This document shows, piece by piece, positions 35,770-46,711 of a DNA stretch of 64,000 nucleotides (positions are counted from its first letter, which is position 1; the number at the start of each line of letters is the position of its first letter). The DNA comes from a virus. Lineage: Duplodnaviria > Caudoviricetes. The stretch covers positions 1-64,000 of the IMG/VR virus record IMGVR_UViG_3300021400_001580. One strand, given 5' to 3'. The notes below the pieces were generated by a model. It was given only the letters and a program-made list of their open reading frames with translations. It searched no databases and was not told where the DNA came from. The position numbers and the translations under genes are program-made.

Positions 35770-35976
35770 TCACCCCTTAAACTTTTTTCCACAATAGGGG
35801 CATTCATCACCATTTGAAAAATCATACGCTCCTATGTTGTGCGGGCATAAATTCTGTAGCTCTTTAATTTCATTTCTAATTGTAAAAATTCGATCAGAGC
35901 GTTCCATTTTACTTAACTCTTTCTTTAAAGCCGTACTTAATTCATCATACTTTAACTTAATATCGTTGACTTCCAT
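35770..35976 (-). CDS. Small Zn-ribbon protein (68 aa)
   Basis: CPHN...CPYCG motif, in an operon with nrdD. Confidence 0.6.
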   Translation of the reverse strand: MEVNDIKLKYDELSTALKKELSKMERSDRIFTIRNEIKELQNLCPHNIGAYDFSNGDECPYCGKKFKG

Positions 35977-37057
35977 ATTTCCAAAAACCTCCTTGTTTCA
36001 CTGTCTCCATAGTTTGATAAAACAAGTTCTTTTGAGAAGGATATTTCTTTAATATTATTTCAAGCTGTTCGCGCTCAGGGCGAATTTCAGTCATACTTTT
36101 ATCTTTAGGAATCCTTTCTGCTATAGATTTATACCTACTTGTTTCACCTTGTGTCCAAGTCGCAATTAGCTTGGATATATCTGTAATCGGATTGTAATAT
36201 CCCATTGCTGGTTCTTCGTATTTAATCTTTAACGGAATTTTACAGCTCCAAAATACATACAATAAATTTAATTTGTAAATAATATCTTTAAAATAATCAG
36301 TTTGATAACGAAATGAGCCGCCAAGTGATAAATATACTTGCGCGCTTGGAGGAATGACTGCCAATAACCGATTTTTATAATGCTTCATTAAAACAGATGT
36401 TTCTTTAAGCGGGATATCTAAATCGAGATAAGCGTCATTCCCTCGTGCAATTAAACTATTTTCACGCACTTCTAAAAAGTCTGATATTCGTTTATAATGT
36501 GCTGGATGAATGAATTGTATAGATGAGGGATTACGTTGAATTATTTTATCAATAACTGTGCGCCATCCTTCACGAAAAAAGTCTATATCATAGATATAAA
36601 GGCGATGCCGTTTACGAATTGCTGGCAAGGGTAAGACTTCCTCGCCGGCATGCCAACGGTAGTAAGCATTATCTAATAATTTCTCTATTTCTTTATCTAC
36701 CAGTCCAGCCGCGCGCTTATCTTTTAAAAAATTCTAATAAATACTAGTACGCGGTAAGGTGAAATCAATTAATTTATTCTCGAATGGCACGTATGTTCCA
36801 TTTGTGAACGCGGTGCCGCCGTATATAACATTTGGCGCTCGCGCGAATGCATCTGGAACTTTGGTAAACTCTTTTGACTCGCTAAAAATATAGATTTTTT
36901 CGTAAGCCGATAATTCAGTTTCATCTAAATTAATTAAGCGGCAAAATTTATTTTCTTCTGATTGATAATAATTTGCTAGCTTCATTATCTCAAGATTGGG
37001 AGGACAGAGTTGAGGCTTAGGCCAGCTCTGTAATGCTAAATCCACTAGGCCAATCAT
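35957..37057 (-). CDS. Degenerate radical-SAM-family-like protein (366 aa, one in-frame TAG at 36734-36736)
   Basis: Track ORFs 36734..37057 and 35957..36628 are in frame, joined by TAG plus 35 sense codons. N-terminus (MIGLVDL...PPNLEIMKLANYY...YGGTAF...PRTSIY) resembles a common phage family starting IGLIDVD..FPNLALMK. No CxxxCxxC seen. Confidence 0.6.
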
Positions 37058-40000
37058 TACTCCACCACCTCAACTCGTTCCGTCTGGAACTCTAAAGTTC
37101 CATCATCATGTATTGCTGTAATTTTAGAAATTACAGGATAAAAACTATCTTTCCGCTTTTTAGGAATAAAGTCACTTTCGCGCCTGATTCCCTGAACCAT
37201 TAACAATGTACCTCTGGAGAACCAGCTCTTTTCCAAAGTGTGTTTGTGACCATCTGATCCAACTTGAGAAATCTGCTTATCAAACATTGCATACTGATTT
37301 TTATATACTTTAACATTAACTACGCCTGTCGGGGTTAATAATGTTACAGTATTCTTCATTTTATTCTTATCAATAACTGTGCCAATAATTCGTCTTAACT
37401 TATATACTCTAACTTCATTACCGTCTTTACCATTAAAAGTATAATCTACTTCTGGCTCTTCCGGTAGTTTAAAGAAATTATCATATAGATATTGAGAATT
37501 AGCTAATTCATGTGGATGGCTGTAAAATGAAACAGATTCCATTTCCCAATGCGATATACTACCTGCCGCGTATTTATTAAACATTTCATCATATAATGCT
37601 TTGTTTAGCTTATTCAAGACTTCTTCTTTATGCCCTTTTAAGTACGCACGCATCGGATCCATACCTCGTTGATATAGATTATCCCACACTGTTGCGGAAA
37701 TAGTTATACCATTTGAAATATAGTCCGCACTGAAATGATTAGCAATAAAGTTAATAGCTGCATCATTTAATTGATAATTATCAACTTTCTTTTGCTGCTT
37801 TAAAAACTTATTAAATAAGAATAACTTTTTACAAAAAATAAGCTCATCTGGAATTAAATTATAGTTAATAAGCATTTGCATATTCTGTAATGTTAATCTT
37901 TGTTTCTTATCAGCTATCATACTAATATATGTTGCCATAATTTCTTCACGAGGCAAATCTACTAATTCATCAAATGCTCCGCATTTAATTAAGTTAGACA
38001 TTTGAATCTTGTTTACTTTAACTCTATCTATGAAGTCTTGGACTGAATGAAAAGGTCGCTTGGAGATGATTTCCTGAATGATGGAAGTTGAGAGTCTTGT
38101 AATTCCTCGTAGACCATACAAGATTTCATTTCGTTCAACAACTGGGGTGAAAGTATAAGATGAGCTATTGATATTCGGTGGGGAAACCACAATTCCATAA
38201 GTACTGAACCGTCCGATTGCGGAAGCCACTTTGCCGTAATCGACCGTTTTTGTTTTTTCTTTCTTTTTATCTTCTCGTTCATCTGCGCTAGTAGTTTCAT
38301 TTTCTTCCTCCCATTCTTCTTGCTCTTCTTCATCAAGATCTTCATCAGGTTCTGCTTCAACTACCAAAGATGCTTCACCGTCTTCATCATATTCAACAGT
38401 CTGAATACCACCGCTATCTACAATAAGATTTGCGGTATTCCAGAATATAATAGGGAAGAACCGAGCAAGATTCATTTCTTGTAATGCAACCATTGAGTAC
38501 GAATACGTGTGTGCCGCATTAAATCCATATCCGCGACTCAATGCAATCTCAATATTCCATACATAATTACAGAACTTTTCACTCAATCCTTTTTCTTTTA
38601 CATTATCAAAGAATTGTTTTGTTAATGCATCATACTCTTTAGGATTCTTTTTTGCTATAGATTTTCTTAATTTATCTGCAAACTGTAAGTCCCAGCCGCC
38701 GCATTCAGGTAATTGAACCAACTGCATAAATTGTTCTTGTGTGATTGACATACCATCAGAAATATCTAATTCACGATGCATAATCTTACGTTCTTCATCT
38801 GTAAGACCCATCTGAATCATTTCTTTATCCCAATCTTGCGGCTGCGCCCTAAATCGTGCATATTTGTCCAACGGACTTTCTGCGCCTTTTTCAGTTGCCA
38901 TTAAGCGGATAACTGAATTAAGAACCGCAAGTTCGTCAACACTACGTGGATGCGTTAATGCGATACCACGCACACCACTTTGTTGTTCCATCTGAAACAA
39001 AGATACGATTTCATGATTTTGAACCATATCCCACATTTTCTTATCGTCACGATTTATCTTATAAACTCCAAGCGCATTTTCATACGTTTCTCTAAGATTC
39101 TTACCAACTTTAATATATCCTTGTTCACTCAATAAATCTAGACATGTATGAATCTTATCGGCTGCTTCAACGCTTAACAAGTCCATCTTAATCATTGAAA
39201 CATCTTCAAGGTCATGTAGCTCAAACTGAGTAATGATTGTACCATCAGGTGCGCGCATTAATGCACTTGATTCTGTAAAATCTTCATCTGTAAATACAAC
39301 GCCGCCCGCGTGAATACCCTGGCCGCAAATCAAACCTTCAATTCTTTGAGCAACTTCCCAAAGCCCAGGATGCTTATTAACTTCATTTATAAAAGTTTGA
39401 TTGGGCGGGATTCCATTTTCTTCATCGCCATAATAAGTTTGCTTTAATGTATAAACCTGACCACGCTCTGCTTGAATAAGATTGGAAATATAAGATGCTT
39501 CATCGTTATCTATACCTAAGCCGCGACAAGCTGTTTGAATTGCCGACTTAGACTTTTCTGTCTTAAAGGTTGCAACATTTGATACTCGGTTTTCTCCATA
39601 TACCTTTCTCAAATGTTCCAAAGTCTGTGCTCTACGAACGCCCTCAATATCAACATCAATATCAAGTACAGAAACACGAGCTGGATTCAGAAAGCGCCAA
39701 GGATATGTCTTCGTCTTTTCACGCAAGCAATTAATCTGAATAATATCAAGTGCATAAAGTAATACGAATCCCATACCAGATCCGCGCGCCGGCAATACAA
39801 TCGTTCCTGCATTCCAACATTCATCTATAATCTTCTGTAGATTTAAGAAATATGCTGACCATTGCGCTTTATTTACTTCTGAAGAAACCCAAGTCATTTC
39901 CAGGCATTCATTTAATGCTTTATATGCTTTTTCATTTTGAAGATCTTCATGCTTTTTAATGCCATCTATTACTGCAAAAAATAACTCACTATCTGCATAA

Positions 40001-41025
40001 TGTTCAGAATGTAAAAACTTTTCTAGCGCAGGCATTAATGAAATATAATAATCTATTTCCTCTTGTGTTCTTGCGTGGAAATTTCTCCACGGTAGGCTCG
40101 GAATCTTTAATGGCTTTAGAATACTAAAATCTTCACATTTATCTTTAATTTCTCTGATAGAAGCATACGCGGCTTCAATCTGTTCTTCAGTTAGATATGA
40201 GAAGAAATTTCTAATTTCTTCATCACTCATCATATACGTTGTCGCATAGAATGAACGAACTTCTCTATCACCATCTTGTGAATTAAGAAATGCCTCATGA
40301 ATTTTAGCTTCTTCCGGCCGCCCATAATGGCTATCGGTTGTTATAATATATTTAATTCCAAGTTCCTTTGAAATTTTTAACAATTGCTTATTAACAAATA
40401 CCTGCTCTTTCCCATTTGAAGGTTGCATCTCCAAATAGAAATTGCCTTTACCAAATATATCTTCAATATATAAACACCAACGCTTTGCAGTTTCATAAAA
40501 TTCTTCATCACCTGTATCCATATATTGAAGTAAAAATCTATCTAACTGAGAACCTAGACATGCGCTACTTGCAATTAAATGTCCTCGATCTGGTTTTACA
40601 ATATCTTTTAAATCTTGATAGTAAGTTGGACGCCTACGTTGGCGCCGACTCATATACGAACGTTGCCACGCTCTTGTAGATAACTGACAAATCTGTTTAT
40701 ATCCAATCTTATCTTTTGCAAGAAGAATAAAGTGAAAATATCTATCTTTCGTTTTATCGAAGTTTTTTGCGGTTAAACCGTTACGAGTAAGATATATTTC
40801 ATTACCACGAATTAATTTAAAGTCAGGATGTGTTTCTTTAATCTTCTTATAATATTTTTCTGCCTTAATATAACTTGATATAGTTTCATGGTCAGTGATT
40901 GCAACACATTCATGCCCAAGTTCAATTGCTAAATCAATTAATCCTTCAACACGATTTATACAGTCACGCAGTGTTTCATTACTATACATTGTGTGATTAT
41001 GACAGGACCCTGGATATTTCGACAT
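37057..41025 (-). CDS. dnaE: DNA polymerase III alpha subunit (PHP + Pol III core), 1322 aa, TAG-free
   Basis: PHP motifs HNHTMYS, AITDHE, GNEIY, TTDSH. Core motifs PARGSG, RFLNPARVSVLDIDVD, GIHAGGV, KMDLL, YGFNAAH. Confidence 0.96.
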   Translation of the reverse strand: MSKYPGSCHNHTMYSNETLRDCINRVEGLIDLAIELGHECVAITDHETISSYIKAEKYYKKIKETHPDFKLIRGNEIYLTRNGLTAKNFDKTKDRYFHFILLAKDKIGYKQICQLSTRAWQRSYMSRRQRRRPTYYQDLKDIVKPDRGHLIASSACLGSQLDRFLLQYMDTGDEEFYETAKRWCLYIEDIFGKGNFYLEMQPSNGKEQVFVNKQLLKISKELGIKYIITTDSHYGRPEEAKIHEAFLNSQDGDREVRSFYATTYMMSDEEIRNFFSYLTEEQIEAAYASIREIKDKCEDFSILKPLKIPSLPWRNFHARTQEEIDYYISLMPALEKFLHSEHYADSELFFAVIDGIKKHEDLQNEKAYKALNECLEMTWVSSEVNKAQWSAYFLNLQKIIDECWNAGTIVLPARGSGMGFVLLYALDIIQINCLREKTKTYPWRFLNPARVSVLDIDVDIEGVRRAQTLEHLRKVYGENRVSNVATFKTEKSKSAIQTACRGLGIDNDEASYISNLIQAERGQVYTLKQTYYGDEENGIPPNQTFINEVNKHPGLWEVAQRIEGLICGQGIHAGGVVFTDEDFTESSALMRAPDGTIITQFELHDLEDVSMIKMDLLSVEAADKIHTCLDLLSEQGYIKVGKNLRETYENALGVYKINRDDKKMWDMVQNHEIVSLFQMEQQSGVRGIALTHPRSVDELAVLNSVIRLMATEKGAESPLDKYARFRAQPQDWDKEMIQMGLTDEERKIMHRELDISDGMSITQEQFMQLVQLPECGGWDLQFADKLRKSIAKKNPKEYDALTKQFFDNVKEKGLSEKFCNYVWNIEIALSRGYGFNAAHTYSYSMVALQEMNLARFFPIIFWNTANLIVDSGGIQTVEYDEDGEASLVVEAEPDEDLDEEEQEEWEEENETTSADEREDKKKEKTKTVDYGKVASAIGRFSTYGIVVSPPNINSSSYTFTPVVERNEILYGLRGITRLSTSIIQEIISKRPFHSVQDFIDRVKVNKIQMSNLIKCGAFDELVDLPREEIMATYISMIADKKQRLTLQNMQMLINYNLIPDELIFCKKLFLFNKFLKQQKKVDNYQLNDAAINFIANHFSADYISNGITISATVWDNLYQRGMDPMRAYLKGHKEEVLNKLNKALYDEMFNKYAAGSISHWEMESVSFYSHPHELANSQYLYDNFFKLPEEPEVDYTFNGKDGNEVRVYKLRRIIGTVIDKNKMKNTVTLLTPTGVVNVKVYKNQYAMFDKQISQVGSDGHKHTLEKSWFSRGTLLMVQGIRRESDFIPKKRKDSFYPVISKITAIHDDGTLEFQTERVEVVE

Positions 41026-41052
41026 TTACTCACTTCCTTTACTCTATATCTT

Positions 41053-41081
41053 ATTATATCATAAATTTTAATTTTTGTCAA
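41053..41081 (-). promoter_or_regulatory. Sigma-A promoter for the dnaE-nrdD operon
   Basis: TTGACA-17-TATAAT with TG extension. Confidence 0.85.
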
Positions 41082-41358
41082 TATTATCTAAGATGCCGAC
41101 CTGCCATAATCTAAATAAAATATTATTAATTACAGCCATTTCTTCTGGGCTATCTTCTATATTTGTACCTTCAATCAATTTTTCTCGGCACATTTGAATT
41201 AATTCTTCTCTATTATCATTACAACATGAATTCATTTGTATTCTCTCCTTATAACAATTACACTTACTTCTGGCGTCCATTTTACAATTAAATAAATTAC
41301 ACCGATCATAATACCACTCATAATATTTGCAAGTGTCACAACATTTTTTAGAAGTCAT
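41068..41358 (-). CDS. Cys-rich hypothetical protein (96 aa)
   Basis: ORF behind a promoter, containing CCDTCKYY...C...C. Confidence 0.55.
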   Translation of the reverse strand: MTSKKCCDTCKYYEWYYDRCNLFNCKMDARSKCNCYKERIQMNSCCNDNREELIQMCREKLIEGTNIEDSPEEMAVINNILFRLWQVGILDNIDKN

Positions 41359-41388
41359 ATTTGCAGCTATCTTCCTTTATTCATACCT

Positions 41389-41417
41389 ATTATATAATAA
41401 AATTTAATATTTATCAA
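41389..41417 (-). promoter_or_regulatory. Sigma-A-like promoter
   Basis: TTGATA-17-TATAAT. Confidence 0.7.
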
Positions 41418-41650
41418 AGCTTTCTACCACACCAAGGACAGTATACTATTTGTGTTTCTCCAACATACTCTTTCATATATATGTGAATATGATGTTCGTC
41501 TTCTCTTTGTGTATTTACCGAGTATGCTGATAGCCGCCATTTATTACCTTCATTTACTAATTGCATGTGTATACCATGCTCTCCTGCTATTACATGGTCC
41601 CTTTCATCAGTATTTTGTAGACAATATAAACATTGTTTATTAGAACTCAT
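41414..41650 (-). CDS. Small Zn-ribbon protein (78 aa)
   Basis: CLYC...YCPWCGRKL. Start uncertain. Confidence 0.5.
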   Translation of the reverse strand: MSSNKQCLYCLQNTDERDHVIAGEHGIHMQLVNEGNKWRLSAYSVNTQREDEHHIHIYMKEYVGETQIVYCPWCGRKL

Positions 41651-43412
41651 ATTTACTATTATCCTCTACTAATTCATAGTCGGTAATGAATACTTGGACT
41701 GATTGTTTGCCCATCCATTCATTAAGATTCGCGCGCCCATAGACAGTTAACTTCTTGGTTCTATCATTCATAACTTCTTCAATGAAGTCTGTATCTTTAA
41801 ATTTCACATAATCAATACCATTATATGAAATCTTAATACTATCTTTACTTGTGCCCATAACCATAACATTCATTAATGGGATATTTTTAATAACAATCGT
41901 TGGTTCTTCAATATGATTGCCAAAATACTCTGGATGTGAAGCAAGACAACCAAGTAATTCATCATTATAATCATTACCATCTAAGATATAATCTACAACA
42001 TAACAATTTTCAAAGTCTTTTGCGCTTAAATGTTTATTAGCATAATTTAATAGAGAATCTAGTTTATCACCATTTAATCCCCAGCCGGCGGCATTATCAT
42101 GCCCTGCAGTATATGTCACTAATCCGCTATCTTCCAAAAACTTTTTAAAACTAGGCAATCCAGCAAAATTTCCATCAGATCGGATACTACCTTGAATTTC
42201 ATTATCATTATTGCGGCGACCAATCATAACAGGCTTATGGTACTTACTTACAACATTCATTGCAATTAGGCCAGTTAGTTCTTGCGGAATATTATCCATT
42301 GCGTCTAATTCTACAAGAATAATATTATTATCGTCTAGGCCATCTTTCTGAATCTTAAAGTCTACTATACCCATAGCCTGTTCTTTTAATCTATCTTGCC
42401 GTGCTTTAGCATTCTTACCTACTCGTGCAGTCTGTTCGGCTGCATATTCAATATCTCCTGGGCGCGCGCCGCGTTTAGTACTCTGCATTGGTTTATTGGG
42501 TTCAATAAAGCAATAGAACATGGTTTCTTTTTCTGTGATGGTACCTACGCGCGTAATAGCATTAATAAGAGGAGCAATATAGAAAGCAATATCAATTGGA
42601 GTTAATCCGTTATATGGAAAAACGGCTTTATCTTTTAATGAATATGCTTGAGATTCAATAAGTGTTCTAAAGCCTTCATTATGAATGTTCTTTAATCCTT
42701 CTATCATAATATAATTGGTTTCCACATCGGTTCTATCCATTACATCTGCGATTTCACCTAGCGCGGCCAAATCAATATAATTATGTGCTTGACTTATACC
42801 TAGTTTTTCATCCAGCACTTCACAAAACTTATAAACCACGCCAGCGCCACATAATGATTTGTTTGGATAATCTGGCGATAGTTGATTATTTACTACAATA
42901 GTTGTCGGGAGGTTAGAAGTAACAGGATTACCCTAATCATCATATAATTGTTCATGATGATCTAAACAAATAACATCCATACCCATTTCTCCAAGCAAAC
43001 GATGTTCTTTTACATCATATGAGCCAGCATCGGGTAAAATTACTAAGTCCCAACGTGCTTCATCTGTAATCCAATCTACTTTATCATTAAGGCCGTGTTG
43101 CTTATGATCGTGTACCGTAAATTCTAACTCTGCCTCTGGGAAGATATGTTTTATATATAACCAGAGAATTGCGCTTGATGTGAACCCATCACAGTCGGCA
43201 TCTACAACAAAAAGAATTTTATGCTTTTCACGCAAGTGATGAAATAGTCTTTCTGCTGCGGCATCAATATTCTTTAATTGATATGGATCGTTTTCACATA
43301 ATATACTCGGGTTCATAAACTGTTCTATATCTTGAACTCCTCTATCTTGTAGGAGTTCTTTTAATGCTTTATCTGGGTTTGTACTATATTCTTTTCTTAA
43401 TCTATATCTCAT
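41640..43412 (-). CDS. recJ: RecJ-like single-stranded DNA exonuclease (DHH family), 590 aa, one in-frame TAG at 42933-42935
   Basis: Motifs VDADCDGFTS, PDAGS, DHH, then TAG, then NNQLSPDYPNKSLCGAGVVYKF, LAALGEIADVM, IAPLINAITRV, GSIRS and GHDNAAG. The two track ORFs are in frame. Confidence 0.92.
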
Positions 43413-43423
43413 ATTATCTCCCT

Positions 43424-44542
43424 TCATCTCACTTTTATTCTATGTTTATAAAGTTCTTCAAAAACCTCTTGGCCTTTATCAAATGGGCTATCTTTATAGC
43501 CTAAAAGATTATCCATATCCCATATATATGAAAAAGTCGCTTGACTTCTATATTTTTTACATATATTTTCAAGTTTCATACGATATGTGCGCGCCTGATC
43601 TGATCGCCAATCTTCATATTCTTTATCGAATGCAATGGTGATTTCATTCGCGCCTAATATATTGGTTAATAAGTTAATTTGAAACTTATTGATATTTGAG
43701 CCGCAACAGGCCACTGTATTGCTTAAGTTACCGTAAAATCCATCATCCAATAATACCGATTTTTCACCCTCTACAATAATGGCGCTTTTTCGTGCTTTAA
43801 TTCCCTCCTGATGTTCATAAATACCGTACAAATTAAAATGCAGTGGGTGAGCATATAAAGTTTGACCAATTTGTACAGGCCGATATTTTCCATATAATTC
43901 TACTTCTTCTGGTTCGAGAGCTCGCGCGCGAATGCCTATTAATCGTCCATTAATATCAAAATGTGGAATGGTAATTTTATTTTGCGCACTCCAAAAACCA
44001 ATATGGAATTTATCCATTACTTCTGGTTTAATCCCATCTCTCAGCCATAATGGATGGTATTTATGCATAAAGTATGATAGAACTTCTTTTGAATATTCTG
44101 GCAGCGGCGCAATATTAGAATCAAATTTATATTTATCCAAATTCAAATCGGATTTATAAACATGCGTGTTTGCTAAAATTAAATGCTTAATACATTTTTT
44201 TACATATTCCACTGCTTCGGGAAAGCTTACTGCCGTATAGTTTAATTGCATGAACTTTTGATAAAGGGTAAATATGGACATTGCCTCATTACATTCAGTA
44301 TAACATCTGAAAATTTTATTATTCTGATACCAATATAATTTCATAGAGGCTTCTTCATTTAACGGATTATGACAAATTGTAGGACAAATTAAATATCCTT
44401 TTTCAGGATAAAACGCTATTTGTTCTACTCCTAAGCTTTCTAGAAATACTTTGACATCTTCAATTGTTAAAGAATTAACGATGTCTACTAATGTGACATC
44501 TAATAAATCTAGTTCAGGATCAGATGTTTGAAGAGTAGTCAA
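43424..44542 (-). CDS. DNA primase (Zn-binding N-terminus + Toprim)
   Basis: CPTICHN...FRCYTEC zinc module, ITIPHFDINGRLIGIRAR, IIVEGEKSVL, AFDKE. Next to the helicase. Confidence 0.88.
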   Translation of the reverse strand: MTTLQTSDPELDLLDVTLVDIVNSLTIEDVKVFLESLGVEQIAFYPEKGYLICPTICHNPLNEEASMKLYWYQNNKIFRCYTECNEAMSIFTLYQKFMQLNYTAVSFPEAVEYVKKCIKHLILANTHVYKSDLNLDKYKFDSNIAPLPEYSKEVLSYFMHKYHPLWLRDGIKPEVMDKFHIGFWSAQNKITIPHFDINGRLIGIRARALEPEEVELYGKYRPVQIGQTLYAHPLHFNLYGIYEHQEGIKARKSAIIVEGEKSVLLDDGFYGNLSNTVACCGSNINKFQINLLTNILGANEITIAFDKEYEDWRSDQARTYRMKLENICKKYRSQATFSYIWDMDNLLGYKDSPFDKGQEVFEELYKHRIKVR

Positions 44543-44543
44543 T

Positions 44544-46139
44544 TTATTCAGTCTCCTTTATATTAATCGGAACTTCTGTATTTCCCGCAAACAAATCAAT
44601 GGGCTGAGTAATGGGTTGATTTTCTGCAGTAGTCATAAACATATCTTCTCTCTCGCCGGTACCTAGATGTAGACGTGTCCAAATACGCACCATTTTATAT
44701 CGACCGCGGCGCATTTTATAAATATCTAAAATATGTGTCGGTTTATGGTCTAATATATCTGAAGAAATTATACCTTCTCGGATAGACATTTTTAAAGTTG
44801 GAACAATTGAATTCCAACCTTTTTCTGTAATTCGAGTCATCACATAGCCGACGTCTGCTTTATCTGCAGTTGCCTTAGATCCTCGAATACTTTTTTCGTC
44901 CTTAAAACTCATCTCTTCATCCCCCATTGCCAATGCATTAACCTGCGTTGCTGAGAATATAAAGAGATTATAATCTTTAGCTAACTGTTTTAATTGATTT
45001 GACATTAACATTAGAACAACATCTTCACGCAATCCATTTTGTGCAAACTGACCCACCAGGCTCGCAGTTGTATGAATATAATCATAAAACACATATTTCA
45101 CATTATCAATGGTTGCGTACTTTCTTATTGTGGCTTCTACATTTTGTAGATTTGGTTCACTTATTTCTTCAATTAAAAAATATCCGCTATACTCTTTCAT
45201 AATTTGTGCGGCATACTTAACCCGCGTATACTCTCCTAATTCATATCTTCCTGTTAAAATATGATCTTCATCTACTCCCGAAAGATATGCCAGCATAATC
45301 GTTTGAATTTCTTCTTTATCCATTTCAGTAACAATGAATAGTACCTTACGTGGCTTACGAAATTCTCCATTAAAATCTACTTCTTCAATAAATGAATTTA
45401 ATTTCCACGACCATCGTTTTGGATATGCCAGACGACAGGCGTCAAAAATACTAGTACGAGATTTACCAGCACTCGTACTGGCGCTCTTTAAAAAGAAGCA
45501 TCCTTCCCGCGCGCCGCGACAAATACTACTAAAAATACTTCCTTCCAAACTTGGCCCAATACTTGGAGATTGTTTTAATTCTTCAATTAATTCATTAATG
45601 CCTTCTGCCGGGTCTCCGTTAAGATGACCGCCATTTAAAAATTCATTACGGATGGCTGAATAATTTTTTTCAACGGAATTTAAAATCTCTTCCAGAGTTG
45701 CATTTTCTAATTTTGCTAGAATTTGTTGCTCTTTTAGAGGATTAGAAACTTCTTTATCATCAATATAATATTCACTAATATCATATTTTGCTTTTTGTAA
45801 TTTTCGTAATAGTGCATACTTTTTTAATCGTGTATAATAAAATTTAAAATTTGAAAGTTGAGTAATTTCATATGCACTTTTTAAGAACTCTAGTCCGCCT
45901 TCAACTTGGTATACTTGCGCGGAAATGCCGCCAAAATGTTCAATTTCTTGGTCAACTTCGAGTGGTGATAATTCTTCTGCGCCACCTTCATATAACTTTT
46001 TAATAGCATTCAGGCATACGCGCGCTGGTTTATAATCAAAATCCGATACAACAATATCTGGATATTCTACAAATAGTTGAGGACGATACATTAGCCCTCC
46101 GATAATTTGACGATAAGCCGTCATATCAGATAAGGTCAT
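44544..46139 (-). CDS. Replicative DNA helicase, DnaB/SF4-like (531 aa)
   Basis: Walker A (SASTSAGKSR), LFIVTEM, VFYDYIH, LKQLAKDYNLFIFSATQVN, KADVG, KMRRG. Confidence 0.9.
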   Translation of the reverse strand: MTLSDMTAYRQIIGGLMYRPQLFVEYPDIVVSDFDYKPARVCLNAIKKLYEGGAEELSPLEVDQEIEHFGGISAQVYQVEGGLEFLKSAYEITQLSNFKFYYTRLKKYALLRKLQKAKYDISEYYIDDKEVSNPLKEQQILAKLENATLEEILNSVEKNYSAIRNEFLNGGHLNGDPAEGINELIEELKQSPSIGPSLEGSIFSSICRGAREGCFFLKSASTSAGKSRTSIFDACRLAYPKRWSWKLNSFIEEVDFNGEFRKPRKVLFIVTEMDKEEIQTIMLAYLSGVDEDHILTGRYELGEYTRVKYAAQIMKEYSGYFLIEEISEPNLQNVEATIRKYATIDNVKYVFYDYIHTTASLVGQFAQNGLREDVVLMLMSNQLKQLAKDYNLFIFSATQVNALAMGDEEMSFKDEKSIRGSKATADKADVGYVMTRITEKGWNSIVPTLKMSIREGIISSDILDHKPTHILDIYKMRRGRYKMVRIWTRLHLGTGEREDMFMTTAENQPITQPIDLFAGNTEVPINIKETE

Positions 46140-46156
46140 ATCATCCCTCCTTCGTT

Positions 46157-46645
46157 TTAATCATCAAATAGTCCGTCTGCTAAATTAATTTCAGGCCGAG
46201 TTGTATTATTTTCTTTAATTTTTACCACAGATTCTTTCATTTCCGTATGCGCAATCGCAGCTGCAATACTACTAGCTTGCGCCTTTTGACTAGCCTGCCA
46301 TGCTTTCATATTGAATACGGTCTTTGGATTCACTAATCCTAATGATTCTTTTAAAATCTTTTTATTACATACTTTATACATATAATCTAAACAATCAATA
46401 ATAATATCATCCGTATATCCGTATGTATTCTGTAAATATTTACGTTGCGACCAAATTAATGGCCCAGGGGATTTAATTCCAAAAATTGAACAGACTTTAT
46501 ATGAAAACTTTTCTCGCGCCAATTTTTCTTCATAACAATTAGGACAAAACCAATATGTAGTTTTACCACTAAGTGTCGAGTACTGCAACATTTCATCCTT
46601 CCTAAATTCTTGTTTACAGCCGTGACAAACACGAGTAATTTTCAT
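46157..46645 (-). CDS. Zn-ribbon protein upstream of the helicase (possible loader/adaptor)
   Basis: CHGC...FCPNC, first gene of the helicase-primase-RecJ operon. Function inferred from position. Confidence 0.55.
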   Translation of the reverse strand: MKITRVCHGCKQEFRKDEMLQYSTLSGKTTYWFCPNCYEEKLAREKFSYKVCSIFGIKSPGPLIWSQRKYLQNTYGYTDDIIIDCLDYMYKVCNKKILKESLGLVNPKTVFNMKAWQASQKAQASSIAAAIAHTEMKESVVKIKENNTTRPEINLADGLFDD

Positions 46646-46682
46646 AGTATCACTCCCTACTCTATATATTTATTCTATATAT

Positions 46683-46711
46683 AGTATAGCATGATTTTTA
46701 TAAAAAGTCAA
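46683..46711 (-). promoter_or_regulatory. Sigma-A promoter, extended -10
   Basis: TTGACT-17-(TG)cTATACT. Confidence 0.8.

Noticed and set aside
38270-38400. Intein or mobile insertion in DnaE
   Set aside because: The insert is a ~50-aa acidic low-complexity loop with no C/S...HN splice motifs or LAGLIDADG blocks. NrdD, helicase and topoisomerase lengths are also normal.
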